From the NCBI GenBank assembly GCA_002269645.1, contig NIVC01002941.1, positions 95,929 to 159,928 on the forward strand: a DNA stretch of 64,000 nucleotides. The letters are read 5' to 3'. The DNA is from Macrostomum lignano (lineage: Eukaryota). Every line of letters starts with the position of its first letter. The stretch's first letter is position 1. Of this stretch, positions 58,050-64,000 are shown in pieces. The position numbers were made by a program, and so were the translations under genes. The notes under the pieces were generated by a model. The model was not told the origin of the DNA. It saw only the letters and a program-made list of their open reading frames with translations, and searched no databases.

Positions 58050-58141
58050 CTGTAAACATAGCTAAGCTGTAAACATAGCTAAGCTGTAAACATAGCGGCT
58101 ATGTTTTTATTAACACAGATTCGAATAAGCGAGGTATATAA
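58050..58141 (+). promoter_or_regulatory. Candidate promoter: three CTGTAAACATAGC repeats, an inverted copy, and a TATA box
   Basis: 17-bp period from 58050; AAACATAGC-G-GCTATGTTT palindrome; TATATAA at 58135-58141, ~95 nt before the ATG at 58237. Confidence 0.4.
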
Positions 58142-58236
58142 GACACCGTATACTTGAATACGGGACATAAGTTTCTACTTCTAATTTGAATTTAACTTCA
58201 ATTTGATTTTTCTATTCAAACATTAAAAAATTTGGA

Positions 58237-59415
58237 ATGAATAAATCGCGCTGCCCTTCATATGTGTACGAGGTATGCATTTCCTGCAACTCATGTGAGC
58301 TCGGTGGCTTAAAACGTCACAAAATGAAAAGCAGCTGCAATGTCAGTCGCTGGCTGCTTTGCCACGAGTGCCAGACGCGTGAGCTCTTTAATGTGCGCCA
58401 GCAAGTTCGAGCTCACAAAAACCACATTATTATTAACTGGAGCTCACCTGGAGATTTAAAACGAGCCCGCTTTGCTGCCTTGGAGGCTGCCCAGCGTCAA
58501 GAGCAGCTCAACATTATCGAGCGCAGTCGAGCACCGGTCAGCGCACTCAGCCAGACAATTCAGGGCGTCTTTCAGCAGCCTGATGAAGATTTTCAGCACG
58601 CTACCGATGCAAACTTTGATCTGCTTGCCGCTGCACTTGCCGCTGTGGAGCAGCAATCAGATTTTTTTGGTTCAGCCGCTGCGCCAGCTGCTGATGCCGG
58701 CCTCCCAGCTGACGGTGCCGGCCTTCCAACTACTGATGCCGGCCTCCCAGCTGACGGTGCCGGCCTTCCAACTACTGATGCCGGCCTCCCAGCTGACGGT
58801 GCCGGCCTTCCAACTACTGATGCCGGCCTCCCAGCTGACGGTGCCGGCCTTCCAACTACTGATGCCGGCCTCCCAGCTGACGGTGCCGGCCTTCCAACTA
58901 CTGATGCTGGCCTCCCAGCTGACGGTGCCGGCCTTCCAACTACTGATGCCGGCCTCCCAGCTGACAGTGCCGGCCTTCCAACTGCTGATGCCGGCCTCCC
59001 AGCTGGCAGTGCCGGCCTTCCAACTGCTGATGCCGGCCTCCCAGCTGACGATTCCACTGGTTTTGCAGCTCCTTCGGAGTTGGATACTGCCTTCTTCGAG
59101 GATGTCGATTTGGAGCCTGTTGAGCTGGCAAATGAAGAAGCTGAGCAGCAACAGATGCCACCCTACAGGCCTGTTCCAGTCGCAGGAAAAAATATGGAGC
59201 AAGCCAGAATGATGGCAGAAGCAAGCCTATCCGATCTCCTGCGAGAATTCGAACCTCCTACTCCACCGGCTGCACCAGAAATCCAAACCGGTGACATCCC
59301 AGTCGTAGAAGCCATGCCACCGATGCCACCGTCAGTCTGCATTCAGCTGGTACTACCGAGCAGAGTCGAGGGCGAGTATTTTATTGACCTTGGGGAGGAA
59401 CTCGCATTCGCTTAA
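58237..59415 (+). CDS. Hypothetical 392-aa protein: Cys/His-rich N-terminus, ~9 x 13-aa repeat, acidic C-terminus
   Basis: Single ATG-to-TAA ORF with long non-repetitive coding flanks; the 39-bp repeat (~58690-59045) preserves frame; AATAAA at 59615-59620. Confidence 0.6.
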   Translation: MNKSRCPSYVYEVCISCNSCELGGLKRHKMKSSCNVSRWLLCHECQTRELFNVRQQVRAHKNHIIINWSSPGDLKRARFAALEAAQRQEQLNIIERSRAPVSALSQTIQGVFQQPDEDFQHATDANFDLLAAALAAVEQQSDFFGSAAAPAADAGLPADGAGLPTTDAGLPADGAGLPTTDAGLPADGAGLPTTDAGLPADGAGLPTTDAGLPADGAGLPTTDAGLPADGAGLPTTDAGLPADSAGLPTADAGLPAGSAGLPTADAGLPADDSTGFAAPSELDTAFFEDVDLEPVELANEEAEQQQMPPYRPVPVAGKNMEQARMMAEASLSDLLREFEPPTPPAAPEIQTGDIPVVEAMPPMPPSVCIQLVLPSRVEGEYFIDLGEELAFA

Positions 59416-60117
59416 GTAGCTCTTAAAGTGTCCCAGTTCAAAGTATTTAAAAGTAGGGGAAACGAGATTTGTAGATTTTTAGGGTAAAACCAATGCATTC
59501 TACCCTGCATAAATATTAACTAATTACGTTGCACCTCATCGTGCTCATACAGGTTTCTCATAAACAAAGTGAAAAAGAAAATAATTTAGGCTTACTGTTC
59601 AAACTTATTCTTATAATAAAGCTTTAATAAGCAGCTTTAATTAGTAGGGTGACTAACGAGCATGATTTTTTGCATTGCGAAATGCTTTACCAGAAATATA
59701 ATGGATTGATGGTTGCTTTTAATGAAAGCTTTTGCACTTTCTTGGACTTTGTTGAATTCATTACTTGTTTTTTTTTTTCAATCATGTGAATATCTTCGAA
59801 GAAGTTATAGGTTCACTCGCTTATAGAATTACCGTTAGGTTCACAGCATCTACTCAACTCTATGAGTATAATATGGGATTGATGATCTATGATACCCAAT
59901 GTTTAGAATGACATGAATTTGGTTTGTCAAGCATGACTTTGGTTAGATTCAATTTCTGCTCCATAGAGCTCTGAATGCTGGAAATTTATCACTCCACTAC
60001 ATCTCTGACAGAATTGCACTTGGGTTAAATTTATCAAACAACACTTTTACACTGGAATTTCAGCAGCATTGAGTTCTTCACTAAATGTCGCTCTATTTCT
60101 AATATTAATTCTCTGTA

Positions 60118-63100
60118 ATGGCCACCTCATCGAGTCAAGAGGACGAGCCGGTGGACCCAGCTGTCAGCCACGAATTTGGACCGAGTGGTAAGTTTTTTCA
60201 TTCCATTGCTGGTTTTATGAACTCATGCATTTCTGTTTGTTGCATTCCTGTCTCTTAGCAACGGAATTATTTATATTTTTCTCGCCTACACAACAATTCC
60301 CAAATGGTTCCCAACAGGATTAAGCCGGAGAACTCACAATAATGAGACATTTTTATTCCTCATTAGATGAATTGACAAAAATGCGAAAGCAGAACTCCAT
60401 CTATTTCTTCAATAATAACTCTTCAAATTCTTTTTTTACACTTATACGTAGCTCGTATTGATTAATAAAAAATATTAAATCTAGATATAAGGTAGTAGGA
60501 TAAATAGTATACTCGTAAGTGTAAAAAAGGGCAATAAAATATTCGACTTCCATAACTCCCAGAGACATTTCTCATCATTTCCACTTTCCATAAATATTTT
60601 TAATACTATCTTCCCTTCTTCAATTGTAGGACCTTCATTCACCCTGGCGTTAAAAACCAGCGCTCACGAAGATGTTCTTCAAGTTCATCGATTTACACCT
60701 GGAGCTGCCACTGAAACATTCGAGTTTCTCGATTTCTGCAAAATCGCAGTGCAGCAGTGTCTTGAAATTCGCTTCGACTCTTCGGATAATTGCTCTGTTA
60801 AAGCTCAGATCAAACTGAATTTGCGCATGGTCAGAGTGCAGGCGTCAGAAGCTGTCAAGGGGGAGGATAAATGGATGAGCACACAACTCGGATTGGTGGT
60901 AGATATACAGGAGTTTGATGATTGGTGGAGACAGCAGTTTACAGAGCTGGAGCGCAAAGTCGATGTCTACAACACCAACGGTAGTGGCTGGATAATTGAA
61001 AAAATCAATTTTTTTGAACTTTACTCAGCTCTCGTCGAACGAGTTTCCTACTACACGGGGCATGCTGCGGAATTTATTCTACCGACTCCACTTCTTCGGA
61101 AGAAGGCGGTTATTTGTCCTCCAAGCAATGGTGTAAATTGCTTTCTTTACGCATGCCTTGCTTTTCTGCACAAGGAAGACAACAAAATAAAGAAATCAGC
61201 GCAACGCGAGTCTTCCTACACTGACTGGCTGGATGAACTTAACATGAGTGGAATTGACTTGCCAATCAATGTCACCGACCTTTCCATTGTTGAGAGACTG
61301 AACCCGAGACTTTGCTTCACGGTTTTCATCTGGGAGAAAGAGAGCGCTCAAGTCCTCCGCTTGCCTACTGCAGCTACAATTAAAGATCGAGAAGTTGTTC
61401 TACTCTTATTTATTCCACCATCAGAAGACGAGGCCTCGGGTCATTGGTGTGCTGTTTCAAGCATCAACAGGCTTCTTAATAGCAAGGCAGCTCTGCATCG
61501 GCGGAAGTGGTGTGAGCGCTGCTTGCTGCCCTTTCATAGTGATGCAGCCTTTGAAGAACACAGCCGAGCTCCTTGTCAACCTGGAGTGATCAACGTCAAG
61601 GAAGAGTTGCCAGATGAAAGGAATAATATTCTCCGATTCTCATCATGGGAAAAAACAATTAGTCCGCCATTTGTTGTTTACGCCGACTTCGAAGCATTGA
61701 ATGCTCCATGCCAAGAAGATTCGATTGCTGGTATAGCAACGAAGAAGTTAACTGAGCACATTGCTGTTGCTGCTGGCTACATCGTGCTGCACAGAGAAGG
61801 GATGACTGGTCTAGCGCCCAGAGGAGCGGATGATAAAGTGAGCACTTTTGTCAGCGACGATCCTAATAAGTGCATTTCCGATTTCCTGCAATCGCTGGAG
61901 AAGCTCGCTCGTGAAGTTTACGGCTGGAACACGGAGTTCAGTCGACAAGCAGCGATAAGAACAGAGATGGCAGGGCGACAGTTCAGAGAAGCCACAGCTT
62001 GCTGCTATTGTAGAAGCGAATTCACGGAAGGGTCCAATAAACATTGGGATCACGACCACCTCAGCGGAGAATTTCGGGGAGCTGCGTGTGCTGATTGTAA
62101 TATGAAGGCCAGACTAAAGAGGTCTTTCCTTCCCGTCGTGTTCCACAATTTCAAGGGGTACGATCTCCATCTCATGATGTCATCCGCTTTGGGTCTGATG
62201 GAGGGTTGGAAAATCTCCGTCATCCCTCTGAATCCAGAGCAGTTTCTGTCGATGAAAATCGAATTTAAAATCGGCGAGTATGAGAGTGAGGGCAAGATCA
62301 AGCCTTTAAATTTTACTATTCAGTTCATTGATTCGAATCAATTTCTTAATGCCAGCCTCTCACAGCTCATCAAAAATTTACCAGAGGCTGAATGTCGTAT
62401 CACTAGTCGCCTACGCAGCAGCAGATTCCCACTGCTATCATCCGAAGTGCTTTTCAGCAAGGGAGTTTTCCCGTATGACTATCTTAAAAATTCAGACGTG
62501 CTGAAGGATGCCGTGCTTCCCAGCCAAGAGAGCTTCTACAATGCTCTGACTAAGAGCCACTGCACCAACTCTGACTATGAGCATGCTCAACGCGCCTGGC
62601 GAGAATTTCAGGTTTCAAATCTAAAAGAGTACATGCTGTGCTACCTCGAGCTCGACATCAGGCAGTTGGCTGATATTTTTGAAAATTTTCGCAAGATCAG
62701 CATGCAAGAGGATGGCCTTGATCCAGTCCATTTTATTTCGACACCAGGCCTATCATTCGCTTCGGCATTGAAATCCATCAAGTCAGGGATTGAACTGCTA
62801 ACAGATGCGCAGATGTATTCGCTGTTTGAGCGCGGCATTCGCGGCGGCATGTCGTTTGTTAACATCCACAAAGTGCAGGCTACCTCAGCAGCGGGCGCCA
62901 GCACTGGTGTTGACAGCAATGAGGATGTTGATGGTGGCACTCCTACTATTCATGCTGGCCTCACCGAGCTTCTTGCTGTGGATGCAAACAACCTGTATGG
63001 ACAGGCGCTCACTATGAACTTACCAGTCGGAGGATTCCGTTGGCTGGACGATGATGAGCTGCTTTTGTGGACTGAAGATCGCATTCGAGGACTCAAGCTA

Positions 63101-64000
63101 ACCGATCCACTCGCCTACCTCTTTGATGTTGACCTTGAGTATCCCCCAGAGATTCACGAAACCACCGAAGACCTACCATTTGCACCGGAAAAGGCTGCCC
63201 CGAATTTCAGGGAATTTCCTGAATACATGCAGCAGCTGTGGGAAAAGGTCGGTACGGAGAACTCCACCTATCATCCGACAGAGAAGCTGATGCTCACTTG
63301 TCACGATAAGCCTTCCTATGTGGTTCATTCCTCTATTTTGGCGTTCTACCTGAACCATGGAATGCGGGTTAGACGCATCAATCGCATGATTGAGTTTCAC
63401 CAAGAGCCTCTCTTTGCTGCCTACGTCGAGAAAAATAGCCAGAAGCGGGCTGCAGCGAAAACCAACTTCGAAAAGGATTTCTACAAGTTAAAGAATAACG
63501 CGCTATTCGGCAAAACTATGGAGAATGTGCGAAAGCGGCGTGATATTCGAGTCTGCACCAACGTGGAAAAGGTAAAGGTACTGCTTGCCAAGCCGACAAT
63601 TACCAATTTTATCATAATTACTGATTCACTAAGCGTTTTGGAACTGCAAAAGACAAAATTAAAGCTCGATCGGCCTATTTTTATCGGGCAATGCGTCCTA
63701 GACTTTTCGAAAATGATTATGTACGAGCTGTTTTACGACAAACTGAAGCCCTGGATAGAGAACGATGGAGGTGTCATCAAGCTATGCGGTGGTGATACCG
63801 ATTCTTTCTTTCTCTCAATCAGCAACATGAGCGTTCAGTCTAAAGTTCTACCGCTGTTGAAGTCGAAGCAGCTGCTCGACACTTCAAACTATCCTCAAGA
63901 GCACGCGCTATTCTCGAATGATTTAAAAGCGCGACTTGGCTGCATTAAGGATGAAGCAGCCGGTGCTCGCTTTGAGGAGTGGCTGCTCCTAAGGCCGAAG
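60118..64000 (+). CDS. Protein-primed family B DNA polymerase (DNA_pol_B_2) with zinc finger and inserted EndoVII/HNH; join 60118-60187, 60630->64000 (3' partial)
   Basis: Frame open 60632-64000 (1123 codons, no stop). Motifs: GSGW (60980), WCERCL..F...EEH, YADFE (61679), CCYC...DHDHLSGEFRGAACADCN (~62000-62100), FHNFKGYD (62141), KGVFPYDY, DANNLYG (62981), KLKNNALFGK (63485), GDTDS (63791). Confidence 0.93.

Larger units (their letters stand above)
57300..64000 (+). mobile_element. Polinton/Maverick (adintovirus-like) element, left portion, running off the window
   Basis: Intact protein-primed PolB ORF, orphan ORF upstream, and candidate AGTAGT terminus at 57300 followed by repeated subterminal motifs. 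The left boundary is less certain than the PolB call. Confidence 0.72.

Overview
Eukaryotic, animal-type genomic DNA. It is very rich in mini- and microsatellites and has GC-rich GT-AG exons. The style recalls the flatworm Macrostomum, but that is an unverified impression. Three host genes can be assembled by hand with matching splice phases: (1) a p120-RasGAP/RASA1-like gene (+, at least 8 exons, 7336-25938; SH2-SH3-SH2-PH-C2-RasGAP); (2) an intronless NPY/sNPF/PrRP-type neuropeptide GPCR (-, 39521-40741); (3) a 4-exon secreted FAD oxidoreductase (-, 50140-53383, 521 aa) resembling polyunsaturated-fatty-acid isomerases (PAI/PFI). Mobile DNA includes a complete 1.56-kb non-autonomous LTR element (LTRs, PBS, PPT, 4-bp TSD), a Gypsy integrase relic, two copies of a tRNA-derived SINE, and a recently disabled Loa-like LINE inside a 7-mer satellite. 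The last 6.7 kb look like the left part of a Polinton/Maverick (adintovirus-like) element: a candidate AGTAGT terminus, an orphan zinc-finger/repeat ORF, and a protein-primed DNA polymerase B. That polymerase is absent from the ORF track because it runs off the window. It is open for 1123 codons, carries an inserted EndoVII/HNH domain, and appears to take its ATG from a small spliced upstream exon. Most very long ORFs in the track are tandem-repeat artefacts. All family assignments come from motif recognition, not database searches.
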